Assembly: GCA_963713045.1 (NCBI GenBank)
Contig: CAVQKE010000003.1
Span: 1,280,001-1,344,000, forward strand
From: an uncultured delta proteobacterium
GTDB taxonomy: Bacteria; Myxococcota; Myxococcia; Myxococcales; Myxococcaceae
Direction: 5' to 3'
Length of the DNA: 64,000 bases
Part shown: positions 1 through 9,853 of the stretch, in pieces
Numbering within the stretch: position 1 is the stretch's first letter
Layout: every line of letters starts with the position of its first letter
Notes under the pieces: model-generated
What the model was told of the DNA's origin: nothing
What the model saw: only the letters and a program-made list of their open reading frames with translations
The model's database searches: none
Made by a program: the position numbers and the translations under genes

Positions 1-1
1 C

Positions 2-259
2 TATTCGCCGGCCGAGGCCGTCGAGGCCCAACCGGCCGAGTTTGCGGGCTTGGCGGCGGCCAGGGCCCTGCAGCTCATCCCTCTATTGAAGCTGTATGTG
101 CGGCCCCTGGTGCCGGTGGCGGCAGCGCGACTGTTGGCCGAACGTTCTGTGCGTTTGCAGCCGCGCCTGCAGTCCAGCACGCAGCAGGCCGCCGCCGCCG
201 CCCTGGCCGCCGCGATGCCGGCGAGCCCGGGCGCACTGGCCGCACGCGACCAAATGTGA
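2..259 (+). CDS. 3' end of a hypothetical protein (starts upstream of the window)
   Basis: The frame is open from the window start to TGA at 257-259 with GC-rich codon usage. It converges on the hybrid kinase. No motif recognised. Confidence 0.45.
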   Translation, partial: YSPAEAVEAQPAEFAGLAAARALQLIPLLKLYVRPLVPVAAARLLAERSVRLQPRLQSSTQQAAAAALAAAMPASPGALAARDQM

Positions 260-276
260 AGTGGCCCCTTGGGGGG

Positions 277-1596
277 CTAGGCCGAGGCCAACACCCGCGT
301 CGGGACCCGCACCTCAAACGTGGTGCCTTGCCCGACGCGGCTTTGCACGTTGATGCGGCCGCCCAGCTTCTGCACCACCGCCACGCAGACGCTCAGCCCA
401 ATCCCCGTTCCAACGCCCACCGGCTTGGTGGTGAAGAATGGCTCAAAAATGCGGGTCTGCTGCTCCTCTGGAATCCCCACGCCAGTGTCGGAGACGCTGA
501 GGATGGACTCTCGCCCGTCGGTTCCGGTGAGGACGCGGATTTCATGCTGCCGGGGGTCGCGGTCGTCCAACGCCTGGAGCGCATTCACCAGCAAATTCAT
601 CACCACCTGGTGCAGCTTGCCTTTGGGAGCGCAGTCAATCGGCGCCGGCCGCAGGTCCTTCACCACCCGGGCACGGCTTTGCAGCTCGCGCTCGGTGAGG
701 AGCAGCGTGCTGGCGGCGATGTCGGCCAGGTCCACCGGTTCAAGCACCTGGTTCTCGTCGGCACGGCTGAAGGTCTTCAGCTCCTGGATGATGGTGCGTA
801 CGCGCTGACCGCCTTCGGCGGTTTCGTTGATGAGGGCGTCGATGTCGTCGAGCGTCTCGCGAAAACCAATTTGCGCCTCCAGCGCTTGGCCGCGGTCCGG
901 GGCCTCCCGGTAGGCGGTGATGACGCGCTTCACATCGTCCACGTAATTCCGCAACGAGGTGAGGTTGGAGAGGATGAAGGCGAGCGGGTTGTTGATTTCG
1001 TGTGCCACCCCGGCGGCGATTTGGCCGATGGCCGCCAGCTTCTCGCTCTGCGCCAGCTGAGCCACCAAGCGGCGGTCTCGTTCGGCGTCGGCCAGACGGA
1101 TGAGGTTGCGAACCCGTGCCACCAGCGCCCGACGCTGAATCGGCTTATGCAGGTATTCGTCGGCCCCGGCTTCCAAGCCCTTCAGCTCGCTGTCCGCGTC
1201 GTTGAATTCGGCGGTGAGAAAAATCACCGGCATTCGGGTGTGGGCTTTGTTTTCTCGCAGCCGCCGGCAGACCTCAAAGCCGTCCATGTGCGGCATCCGG
1301 ATGTCGAGCAGGACCAGGTCCACCCCGCCCTGCTCGACCCGGTCCAGGGCCTCCGGCCCGCTGGTGGCGCCGAGCACCCGAAAGCCCTCGGCTTTCAAGT
1401 AGGCCTGCACCAGTCGCACGTTGGCCGGCTCATCGTCGACCACCAGAACCTGGGGAGGCTCCAGGCGTCGCAGCTCTGGCCCTTCGTCGTAGCGGCCCTT
1501 CACCATCCGCGGGCTACTCCTCCCAAGTTCCTCTGCAGGCGGAGGATGACGGACGCCGGCTGCGGTCGCAACTTCGGCCTCGTTCGGCTGACCCAT
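277..1596 (-). CDS. Hybrid response regulator / sensor histidine kinase (REC-HisKA-HATPase)
   Basis: Receiver motifs LVVDDE, LLDIRMP and KP; H-box HEINNPL; N-box NLLVNA; G-boxes DTGVGI, FEPFFTTK and GTGIGL. Start uncertain (ATG 1596 or GTG 1611). Confidence 0.92.
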   Translation of the reverse strand: MGQPNEAEVATAAGVRHPPPAEELGRSSPRMVKGRYDEGPELRRLEPPQVLVVDDEPANVRLVQAYLKAEGFRVLGATSGPEALDRVEQGGVDLVLLDIRMPHMDGFEVCRRLRENKAHTRMPVIFLTAEFNDADSELKGLEAGADEYLHKPIQRRALVARVRNLIRLADAERDRRLVAQLAQSEKLAAIGQIAAGVAHEINNPLAFILSNLTSLRNYVDDVKRVITAYREAPDRGQALEAQIGFRETLDDIDALINETAEGGQRVRTIIQELKTFSRADENQVLEPVDLADIAASTLLLTERELQSRARVVKDLRPAPIDCAPKGKLHQVVMNLLVNALQALDDRDPRQHEIRVLTGTDGRESILSVSDTGVGIPEEQQTRIFEPFFTTKPVGVGTGIGLSVCVAVVQKLGGRINVQSRVGQGTTFEVRVPTRVLASA

Positions 1597-1638
1597 CCTG
1601 AGGGTCACCACAGCAGCGCACGTGCCACGACAGCCGAC

Positions 1639-2676
1639 TCACCCCAAGTCCGCGAGAGGACGGACGTCGGCCTGGCCGATGGGTGGGTCAATCCTCGCCG
1701 CATCGTCCGCGCCGACCCGGGGGAGGAAGTCGGCCAAGTCCTCCGGCAAGCCGGCGCTGAAAGTGGTTCTCTCGCCAGTCGCCGGGTGGGGGAGCGCAAG
1801 CCGCGCCGCGTGCAAAGCATGGCGCTGTAGCCTGAGCCGTGCCCAGGCTTCCGGCTCGAGGCACTGGCGGCTGAAGCGGTCAAAGTAGCCTGGGTCGGGC
1901 CCGTACATTTTGTCCCCCACCACTGGGAGGCCAGCCGTCTGTAGGTGGACCCGGATTTGGTGCTGACGTCCCGTCTCGGGAAAGCAGCGCACCAGGGCAA
2001 AGGGCTCGCGGCCTCGCACGAAACGTCGCTCGACTTGGAAGCGAGTGCGCGCCGGCCGCCCGGAGGGGTCCACCCGGACAGCAATGCGGATGGTGGGGGT
2101 GCCTTCGAGGAGGGGCGCGTCCACCGCAAAAGCGTCTTCGGCCGGCCAGCCCTCGACAATCGCCAAGTACTCCTTCTCGACTGTGCCTTCTTGGAAGGCC
2201 CGCATCAGCCGGCGTGAGGCCTCGGCCGTGCGCCCACACACCAGAAGTCCGGACGTCTCGCGGTCCAGGCGATGGGCGGGGGCGGCTTGAAAGCCCGCGC
2301 CATGCTGACGCACCAGCAGCGCCACCACCGTCCCGTGATGGTAACGGGCGGTGGGATGGATGGGCAGCCCTGCCGGCTTGTCGAGCACCAACAGCGCCTG
2401 GTCGCGGTACACCTCACGCAGGTTGTCGGGCGTCTTCGGCTCGAGGAGATTTCGTCGGCGCAGCCGAAACGTCAGACCTGGCCACACTCGGGTGCTGGCC
2501 TTCAGGGGGACGTCCGCCTCCAGCGCCGTGCGCAGAATGCGCTGGATGCGCACGCGGGACAGCCGGCGAATTTTCTCGCACAGGTAGCGGTCCAGTCGCC
2601 AGCCCGCATAATTCGGTTCAACGGTGAACGTCACTTCCACGACGGCCCCCGCGACTTCGTCTATCCTTCCATCCAT
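1639..2676 (-). CDS. RluA/RluD-family pseudouridine synthase
   Basis: S4-like RLDRYL, KPAGL, catalytic HRLDRETSG, TGRQHQIRVHL and GDKMYG. Confidence 0.93.
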   Translation of the reverse strand: MDGRIDEVAGAVVEVTFTVEPNYAGWRLDRYLCEKIRRLSRVRIQRILRTALEADVPLKASTRVWPGLTFRLRRRNLLEPKTPDNLREVYRDQALLVLDKPAGLPIHPTARYHHGTVVALLVRQHGAGFQAAPAHRLDRETSGLLVCGRTAEASRRLMRAFQEGTVEKEYLAIVEGWPAEDAFAVDAPLLEGTPTIRIAVRVDPSGRPARTRFQVERRFVRGREPFALVRCFPETGRQHQIRVHLQTAGLPVVGDKMYGPDPGYFDRFSRQCLEPEAWARLRLQRHALHAARLALPHPATGERTTFSAGLPEDLADFLPRVGADDAARIDPPIGQADVRPLADLG

Positions 2677-3752
2677 GCGCAGGTCGGTCCTAGCGGCGCT
2701 GGCGCTCTTTGTCACCTCCGCGGCCGCTGCCCCCGCCAAGGGCCTCGCCGTGGTGACGGTGAATGCTCCGTCGGACATGCAGGGTTTGGCGGCCCAATTG
2801 ACACAGCAAGTCCTCGATGCCGCTCAGGCTCAAGGGACAAAGGTGGTCACCCCGAGGGACCTCGAAACGTTTCTAGGCCCCAAGGAGAACCTCGCCCTAA
2901 GCCACTGCGGGCCCGCGCCGGAGTGCCTTTCGCCCCTCCTGGCAAGCATGCCCGCGGCCCGCGTGGTGGTCGGGACGCTGGCCCGCGACCAGTCGCACTA
3001 CCTGGTCCATTTTTGGCTGATTTCCTTGAGCCCGCCGAGAACGCTGGCGGAAGTCGACCGCGCCATCCTCATCGCCTCGCGCCGCCTCCAAAGCGACGTG
3101 GCGGCTGCCCTTCCCGCCCTTTTGCGCGGCGAGCAAGAGGCGAAGGGCACGCTGACGCTGGACAGCAATGTCTCAGGTGCGGAGGTCAGCCTCGACGGCG
3201 AGCCGTGGGGACGGACGCCGGTGACGCGAATGCTGAAACCGGGCAAGCACGAAGTCCACATTGCCCACCTGGGCTACTACCCGGTGGACCGCTGGGTGAC
3301 GGTGGAGGCAGGCAAGACCACACGGGACCTCGTCCGGCTGGTGGCCACCCCGGGCGCCGAGACGGTCGCGGTGGCCGCGCCGGAGACGTCCGCGCCAACC
3401 GCTGCCGGCGGCTTCCGCGTCCCGGTGGCCGGGTGGGTGGCACTGGGCGTCGGCCTCGCGGCCGGAGCTGCCGGCGCGGTGTTGGCGGTGTCCGCACACA
3501 ACAACGAGAACCAGCTTCTTGCCGGCTACAACCCGGTACGGGACAGCTACCAGGGCTTTCGCTCCCAAGCGGTGACCGGCCAAAACCAGGCCACCTGGGC
3601 CAACGTGTGTTTCGGCGTTGCTGGAGCGGGCCTCATCACCTGGGGAGTGCTGACGCTGGATAGCCAGCAGCGCGCCGGCCGAGCCGCGGGCCTCGGTGGG
3701 TGTCGGCGTCGGCGCCCATGGCGCCACCGTGTCCGTCGCGGGGAGGTTCTAG
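2675..3752 (+). CDS. Secreted PEGA-domain protein with an apparent +1 frameshift near 3662
   Basis: Signal peptide MRRSVLAALALF and PEGA domain (GAEVSLDG..GRTP..PGKHEV). The natural C-terminus ASSAPAEPRASVGVGVGAHGATVSVAGRF* is in the +1 frame and ends at TAG 3750-3752. Confidence 0.75.
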
Positions 3753-3753
3753 C

Positions 3754-4191
3754 GTGCGCGGCCGGACGTCCCCTGCCCTGGTGGTGCTGGGCCTGGCGCT
3801 CGCCGCCTTGGCGCTGTCGCAGTGCAGCTTCGGCATCAACCCGGACAACGGACACTTCGCCTGCCTGAATGCCGCCGACTGCATCAGCGGGCAGGAGTGC
3901 GTGCTCCAGCTGGATGCCACCGACGGCCTTTGCTACCCAGCAGACGAATGTGTGCCGGGCAACCAACAGCCGTGCGGTCCGGGAGCCGTCTGCGTTGACG
4001 CTGGCTGCATTGACTGTACGGGTTGCGCCGCCTCCGTCTGCGCTGGTTCCTCCTGCGTGCTGGACGGCGGCCCGCAACAGTGCGTGCTGCGGGTGGTGCT
4101 TCCAGACGGCGGCCTCTCCGACGCGGGCACGGACGCTGGGCTGAGTGACGGGGGCCCGGAGCCCACCACTTACATCTGCGGCTTTCCTTGA
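3754..4191 (+). CDS. Cys-rich exported (lipo)protein
   Basis: GTG one base after the PEGA stop; hydrophobic leader ending LALSQC; many cysteines and DGG/DAG linkers. Confidence 0.7.
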   Translation: MRGRTSPALVVLGLALAALALSQCSFGINPDNGHFACLNAADCISGQECVLQLDATDGLCYPADECVPGNQQPCGPGAVCVDAGCIDCTGCAASVCAGSSCVLDGGPQQCVLRVVLPDGGLSDAGTDAGLSDGGPEPTTYICGFP

Positions 4192-4646
4192 GGACTCTCC
4201 GCCCTGGCGGCCGTTTGGTAGACGTCCGGGCGGCGAATCTCCATCCCGCGGGACGGGTCTTCGAGAGGATGAAAGCCGTGGCGCCGGTACAACGGATGCG
4301 CATCGCGGGTGGCTAGACTCCAACGCCGCAGCCCCTGCAGCTCCGGGTGGCCCAGGACGGCAGCCAGAAGCGCGTCGGCAATCCCGCGCCGCCGGTGGCT
4401 TTCGACAACGAAGACATCGCACAGCCAGGCGAAGGTGGCGCGGTCCGTCACCACCCGCGCGAAGCCCACCTGACGAGCGCCGTCGTACGCCCCGAAGCAC
4501 AGGGAGTTGGCCAGCGCACGCTCCAACACCGCACGGGGAATGCCTGGGGACCAGTAGGCATTGCCGAGAAAGGCGTGCAGGACGTCCAGGTCGAGGCGAG
4601 CCGAGTCGGTGCTGATGTCGATGCCGTCCGGCGGTGGTGGGGCCAT
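4170..4646 (-). CDS. GNAT-family N-acetyltransferase
   Basis: ISTD..LDLD..H.FL...YW, VGFARVVTD, acetyl-CoA motif HRRRGIA and LYRRHGF. Confidence 0.9.
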   Translation of the reverse strand: MAPPPPDGIDISTDSARLDLDVLHAFLGNAYWSPGIPRAVLERALANSLCFGAYDGARQVGFARVVTDRATFAWLCDVFVVESHRRRGIADALLAAVLGHPELQGLRRWSLATRDAHPLYRRHGFHPLEDPSRGMEIRRPDVYQTAARAESPQGKPQM

Positions 4647-4784
4647 GGGAGCAGCCTCCCATGGGCCCCGCGCCCAGCGGGAGCACAGCCGCGGGCCGCG
4701 ACGGCCGAGGTGCAGGCCAGAAGGCCCCCAACCAGGGAAACAGCTTCCCGCTTGGACAGGGGGCGCTAGGCTTGAGTGGCTTGC

Positions 4785-7700
4785 ATGAGTGTGCCCCTTA
4801 AAAAGGTCCTGTGCGCCAACCGGGGCGAAATCGCCATCCGCGTCTTCCGGGCCTGCAATGAGCTCGGCATCCGGACCGTCGCCATCTACAGCGACGAGGA
4901 CCGCGTCAATGAGCATCGCCACAAGGCCGACGAGGCGTACCGGGTGGGGCACGGCAAACGTCCGGTCGAGGCGTACCTCAGCATTGAAGAGATTCTCGAC
5001 GTAGCCCAGGCAGCCGGCGTCGACGCCATCCACCCGGGCTATGGCTTCCTCTCCGAAAATGCGGACTTTGCCGACGCCTGCGAGCGCCGGGGCGTGCGCT
5101 TTATCGGCCCGCGCCCGGCGGTGGTGCGGTTAATGGGCGACAAGGTGGCGGCCAAGCGTCTCGCCGAGCGGGTCGGCGTCACCGTCGTGCCCGGGACAAC
5201 CCTGGAAGGCACCGAGGCCGAGATGCTGGCCGCGGCGCGACGCTTTTTCGAGCGCCTTGGGCCGGTGATGGTGAAGGCGGCCCACGGGGGCGGCGGTCGC
5301 GGGATGCGGGTGGTGCGCAAGCTGGAGGAACTCGAGCACTCGCTGGCGGCCGCACGCTCCGAGTCGCAGCTGGCCTTCGGCAGTCCGGTGGTGTTCCTCG
5401 AGGCCTTCCTGGAGCGGGTGCGCCACCTCGAGGTGCAAATTCTAGGGGACCTCGAGGGAAACCTCGTCCACTTGCACGAGCGGGACTGCTCGGTGCAGCG
5501 CCGCCAGCAGAAAGTCATCGAAATTGCCCCCGCGCCCAACCTCACCGACGTTGTCCGGCAGAAGCTGTTCGACTTCGCACTCAAACTGGCGCGGGCAGCC
5601 GAATACTCGAGCGCGGGCACGGTGGAATTCCTGGTCGCCGGCGAGGACGTCTACTTCATCGAAGTCAACGCTCGCCTCCAAGTGGAGCACACCGTCACCG
5701 AGCAAGTGACGGGCGTCGACTTGGTCCAGGCTCAGCTCCGCATCGCCGAGGGCCACTCGCTCGGCTCCGAGCCAATTTCCATCGAAGGGCAGTCCTCCAT
5801 CCAGCCGCGCGGCTTTGCGGTGCAGATGCGCGTCACCACCGAGGACCCGGCGAACAACTTCCTCCCCGATGCGGGCACCATCCAGGCCTGGCGGCCGGCG
5901 ACGGGCTTCGGCATCCGCCTGGATGGGGGAAACGGGTACCCGGGGGCTGTCATCTCCCCGTCCTACGACTCGCTGTTGGTGAAAGTCATCGCCTACGCAC
6001 CCACCTTTGCTGGTGCGGTCCGCAAGGGGCAGCGGGCGCTGCGCGAGTTTCGCATCCGCGGGGTGAAGACCAATTTGCACTTCCTGGAAAACGTCCTTCA
6101 GTCGGACGTCTTTCTCCGTGGGGAGACGTACACCCGCTTCGTCGATGAGACGCCGTCGCTCTTTCAGTTTGCCCCGCGGCGCGACCGAGCCACCAAGCTG
6201 CTGCACTATTTGGCCGACGTCATCGTCAACGGGCACCCCACCGTCCCGCGGGCGGCTCGCCGACGCTCGGTGGAATTCGCACCGCCTCGCGTTCCGGAGG
6301 TGCCGCCCGGGCCTCCTCCGCCGGGCACGCGCCAAATTCTCGAAGCGCGCGGGCCGGCGGGGCTGGCCGCCTGGGTGAAGGCGCAGAAGCACGTCCTTCT
6401 GACCGACACCACCATGCGCGATGCGCACCAGAGCCTGCTCGCCACGCGGTTGCGTACCACCGACTTGTTACGCATCGCCCCGGCCACCATCCGCCTCGCG
6501 CCTTCGCTCTTCTCGCTGGAGTGCTGGGGCGGCGCCACCTTTGACACCGCCTACCGCTTTCTCAACGAGGACCCCTGGCAACGGCTCCGCGCGCTGCGGA
6601 CGGCGGTGCCCAACATCCTGCTGCAGATGCTGCTTCGAGGGGCGAACGCGGTCGGCTACACCAGCTACCCGGACAACCTGGTGGAGGCCTTCGTCGACGA
6701 GGCGGCGGAGGCTGGCATCGACGTCTTTCGGGTCTTCGACTCACTCAATGACCTCGACTCGATGAAGGTCAGCGTCCAGCGCATCCTGAAGACTGGGAAA
6801 GTGGCCGAGGTGGCGATGTGCTACACGGGCGACGTCTCCAACGAGAAGCGCCCCAAGTACAACCTGGACTACTACGCCGAGCTGGCCCGGCGGATTGAGG
6901 ACATGGGCGCCCACCTGTTGTGCGTCAAGGACATGGCTGGACTGCTCCGGCCGCGGGCAGCAGCGGCCCTCATCGACCGGCTGAAGCAGGCCACGGCCCT
7001 TCCCATTCACCTGCACACCCACGACACCTCCGGAAACGGAGGCGCGGCCTACCAGGAGGCCATCGACCACGGGGTGGACATCGTCGACGTCGCGCTTGCG
7101 CCGATGGCCGGGCTGACCAGTCAGCCGTCGATGAATGCACTGGTCTCCGCATTGCGCGGCCACCCGCGTGACACCGGGATCACCAACAAGCTGCTTCAGC
7201 CGTTGGCCGACTATTGGGAAGACATCCGTGAGCCCTACAGTCCCTTCGAGTGCGGGCTGAAGAGCTCCACCTCGGAGGTGTACTTCCACGAGATTCCGGG
7301 TGGCCAGTATTCCAACCTGCGGCCCCAGGTGGCGGAGATGGGACTCCTCCCTCGCTGGAACGACGTGAAGGTGGCCTTCGCGGCGGTGAACCTTTTGGTG
7401 GGAGACATCCCGAAGGTGACCCCCTCCTCCAAGATGGTAGGGGACTTCGCCATCTTTCTCCTCAAGAACGACTTGTTGGTGAAGGGCCCCACGCTGGAGG
7501 CAACTGCCGCGGCGACCCGGGTGGTGGTGCTGCGCGAGGCGGCGCGGCTGGACTTCCCCTCCAGTGTGGTGGGCTACTTCCAAGGCCACCTCGGCCATCC
7601 ACCGGGCGGCTTCCCGGAGGACCTCCGCCGGGCGGTGCTGAAGGGACTTCCGGTGGTGGAAGGCCGGCCCGGTGCCAACCTCGCTCCGCTTGACCTGGAG

Positions 7701-8276
7701 GCCCTGCGGCAGAAGCTGTCCGAGAAGACGGGGAGGCCGGCACGGCGCGACGAGGCGCTCTCCGCCGCGTTGTACCCGAGGGTAATGGACGAATACCTCG
7801 ACGGCTATGCCCGCTTCGAGGACGTCTCCATCCTCGACACACCGCTCTATTTCTATGGGCTGGAAGTGGGCCAGGAGGTGTGGGTCGACCTCGAGCCGGG
7901 CAAGACGCTGGTCATCGCACTTTCCGCGGTGGGCGAGCCCGATGAGAACGGGATGCGAACCGTCTACTTCGAGCTGAACGGCCACGGCCGCCAAGTCGCG
8001 GTGCGGGACCGCGCCCGGGCCCCCGCCGTCCGCGAGGCACGCAAAGCGGACAAGGACAACGCCGACCACGTCGGCGCCTCGATGCCCGGCACCGTCATTG
8101 GGCTTCACGTGAAAGTGGGCGACCAAGTGAAGGCTGGCGCGCCGTTGCTGACCCTCGAGGCGATGAAGATGGAGACGGTGGTCCGCGCGGTGCGCGCAGC
8201 CGGTGTGAAGGAAGTCATTCCGACGCTGAAGAGCCGCGTCCAGGCGGGCGACTTGCTCGCCGTCCTCGGGCCTTAG
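4785..8276 (+). CDS. pyc: Pyruvate carboxylase (single chain)
   Basis: Biotin carboxylase (ANRGEIAIR, HPGYGFLSEN, ERDCSVQRR), carboxyltransferase (DTTMRDAHQSL, WGGATFD, HTHDT) and biotinyl motif EAMKM. Confidence 0.97.
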   Translation: MSVPLKKVLCANRGEIAIRVFRACNELGIRTVAIYSDEDRVNEHRHKADEAYRVGHGKRPVEAYLSIEEILDVAQAAGVDAIHPGYGFLSENADFADACERRGVRFIGPRPAVVRLMGDKVAAKRLAERVGVTVVPGTTLEGTEAEMLAAARRFFERLGPVMVKAAHGGGGRGMRVVRKLEELEHSLAAARSESQLAFGSPVVFLEAFLERVRHLEVQILGDLEGNLVHLHERDCSVQRRQQKVIEIAPAPNLTDVVRQKLFDFALKLARAAEYSSAGTVEFLVAGEDVYFIEVNARLQVEHTVTEQVTGVDLVQAQLRIAEGHSLGSEPISIEGQSSIQPRGFAVQMRVTTEDPANNFLPDAGTIQAWRPATGFGIRLDGGNGYPGAVISPSYDSLLVKVIAYAPTFAGAVRKGQRALREFRIRGVKTNLHFLENVLQSDVFLRGETYTRFVDETPSLFQFAPRRDRATKLLHYLADVIVNGHPTVPRAARRRSVEFAPPRVPEVPPGPPPPGTRQILEARGPAGLAAWVKAQKHVLLTDTTMRDAHQSLLATRLRTTDLLRIAPATIRLAPSLFSLECWGGATFDTAYRFLNEDPWQRLRALRTAVPNILLQMLLRGANAVGYTSYPDNLVEAFVDEAAEAGIDVFRVFDSLNDLDSMKVSVQRILKTGKVAEVAMCYTGDVSNEKRPKYNLDYYAELARRIEDMGAHLLCVKDMAGLLRPRAAAALIDRLKQATALPIHLHTHDTSGNGGAAYQEAIDHGVDIVDVALAPMAGLTSQPSMNALVSALRGHPRDTGITNKLLQPLADYWEDIREPYSPFECGLKSSTSEVYFHEIPGGQYSNLRPQVAEMGLLPRWNDVKVAFAAVNLLVGDIPKVTPSSKMVGDFAIFLLKNDLLVKGPTLEATAAATRVVVLREAARLDFPSSVVGYFQGHLGHPPGGFPEDLRRAVLKGLPVVEGRPGANLAPLDLEALRQKLSEKTGRPARRDEALSAALYPRVMDEYLDGYARFEDVSILDTPLYFYGLEVGQEVWVDLEPGKTLVIALSAVGEPDENGMRTVYFELNGHGRQVAVRDRARAPAVREARKADKDNADHVGASMPGTVIGLHVKVGDQVKAGAPLLTLEAMKMETVVRAVRAAGVKEVIPTLKSRVQAGDLLAVLGP

Positions 8277-8288
8277 GACGGGCCGTCC

Positions 8289-8927
8289 TCAGCGGCGCTG
8301 GGCCGCCGCGACCGGCGGGGGAAGCACCGCCCGCATGTCCTGGAGAAATTCTTGGACGATGCTGTTCAGCCCCTCATTCCAGGCATTGGCCACCGCCGCC
8401 GCCGACTTTTCCACCGGCAGTCGCCGGAGGTAGGCCTTTCGCAGCAGCGTCGTCACCGGCTGGGGAAGCGGCGGCACCGAGAGCACCACCATTTCCACGC
8501 CCACCGCTGCGACCGGCTTGTCCGGGACGGTGAAGTCACCTTCTAGGTCGCTGACGTAGGCCTCCACCAGGAGGTCCGCTTCCTCTGGCCCACCCTGTTC
8601 CACGACGTTGCGGACGAAGTCCTGGTTGGCGAGGGAGGCCCGAAACAAGGTGAGCACCAGCGCCTGCGGCGAGGCGGCAAGGACTGCGTATGGGTCCTTG
8701 TCGAAGCTGTGCGGACCGGTGCGGTAACTGAGTTGCCGGCCAGCAAACTCCGGGGCCACCTCCACCCGGTCGACCGAGACCAGGTACGTCCCTTGGGCCG
8801 GATGGGTATTCACCAAGCGAGGCGCGTCGATGGAATAAATTTGCGGGCCGTTGGGCGGCTTGGAAATACAACCGATGGAGCCAAGGAAGAGCGCCAGCAG
8901 GCCCGCCAGGCATGCACGTGGACTCAT
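8289..8927 (-). CDS. ABC transporter auxiliary lipoprotein (PqiC-like)
   Basis: Lipobox SIGC; last gene of the MCE operon; TGATG overlap with the MCE gene. Confidence 0.75.
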   Translation of the reverse strand: MSPRACLAGLLALFLGSIGCISKPPNGPQIYSIDAPRLVNTHPAQGTYLVSVDRVEVAPEFAGRQLSYRTGPHSFDKDPYAVLAASPQALVLTLFRASLANQDFVRNVVEQGGPEEADLLVEAYVSDLEGDFTVPDKPVAAVGVEMVVLSVPPLPQPVTTLLRKAYLRRLPVEKSAAAVANAWNEGLNSIVQEFLQDMRAVLPPPVAAAQRR

Positions 8928-9853
8928 CACTGCTTCTCCTTGGACAGAGCGGGGGCCGGCGGCGGTGGGTCGCCAAAGAGGAAGCCCGCCGGGTAGCGAT
9001 TGAGTTGCTCGAGCACGTTGTTCAGCTCGCGCGTCGCATCGCGCGTGCCGGCCAAGGTGTCGTTGAGGTTGCGGAAGTCGATGTTCGACAGGCGGCCGGC
9101 GGTCCGCTCCAAGCGGGCGTTGGTGTCCTGCAGCCCAAGCACCAACTGATTGGCATTGGCTCCCAGCGCCCCCAGCTTGAGGGACTGAATCTCGTTTCGG
9201 ATGTCGTCGATGGCGTTGCGCGCCGCAACCACCGTCCGCTCCACCTCATTGGAGATGGCTTTGGTGTTTAAGTCATCGAGCTTGGTCTGGACGGTGGCTC
9301 CGAGAGCCTCGAAATTAATCTTGTCGAGGCTGCTCATGACGCGCGTCACGGCCGTAATAATTTGATTGAACTCGCTCGGTGCAGACGGAATGTAGAGGCT
9401 CTTCGGCGTCCAGGAGAATTCCATCGGCGGGTACTGCTTGGGGTCGACGTACTTGAGGGCCAGGATGCTGGTTCCGGTGATGCCCTCTCCCTGGACCACC
9501 GCGCGCAGGCCCTGCTCGATGGCGTCGTGAAGCTTTCCACCAACGTCACCGCCCCCGGGAAAGGGGCTCGAGGACTTCGCCACGTTGAAACGGATGACAA
9601 CGCAGCGAGGGTTTCCTGGCGGGTAATCGTTCCATGAGAAGCGGATGGAGGTGACTTGACCGACGTTCACGCCGCGAAGCTTGACGGCAGACCCGACGCT
9701 CAGTCCTTCAACGTCGCCCTCCACATAGGTCTCGAAGCGCTCCACCGGCTCCACCTCACGGCTGAAGGCGAATGCCACCAAGCCGGCCATCACCAGACCA
9801 ATCCCAACCAGCACGAAGGCGCCTATCTTGAATTCGTGGGCTCGTTCGGTCAT
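8927..9853 (-). CDS. MlaD/MCE-family substrate-binding protein
   Basis: N-terminal TM helix, MCE motif GLSVGSAVKLRGVNVGQV and a helical C-terminal region. Confidence 0.9.
   Translation of the reverse strand: MTERAHEFKIGAFVLVGIGLVMAGLVAFAFSREVEPVERFETYVEGDVEGLSVGSAVKLRGVNVGQVTSIRFSWNDYPPGNPRCVVIRFNVAKSSSPFPGGGDVGGKLHDAIEQGLRAVVQGEGITGTSILALKYVDPKQYPPMEFSWTPKSLYIPSAPSEFNQIITAVTRVMSSLDKINFEALGATVQTKLDDLNTKAISNEVERTVVAARNAIDDIRNEIQSLKLGALGANANQLVLGLQDTNARLERTAGRLSNIDFRNLNDTLAGTRDATRELNNVLEQLNRYPAGFLFGDPPPPAPALSKEKQ

Noticed and set aside
256..1830. 524-aa plus-strand ORF, and similar long antisense ORFs (6741-8126, 12844-14349, 24928-26334, 42336-44435, 52817-53815, 63229-63993)
   Set aside because: Shadow ORFs opposite well-supported genes. 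They are expected in high-GC DNA and contain no motifs.
2624..3868. 414-aa ORF as given in the track
   Set aside because: The Arg-rich tail after about 3662 is out of frame. The plausible C-terminus ends GRF at 3752.
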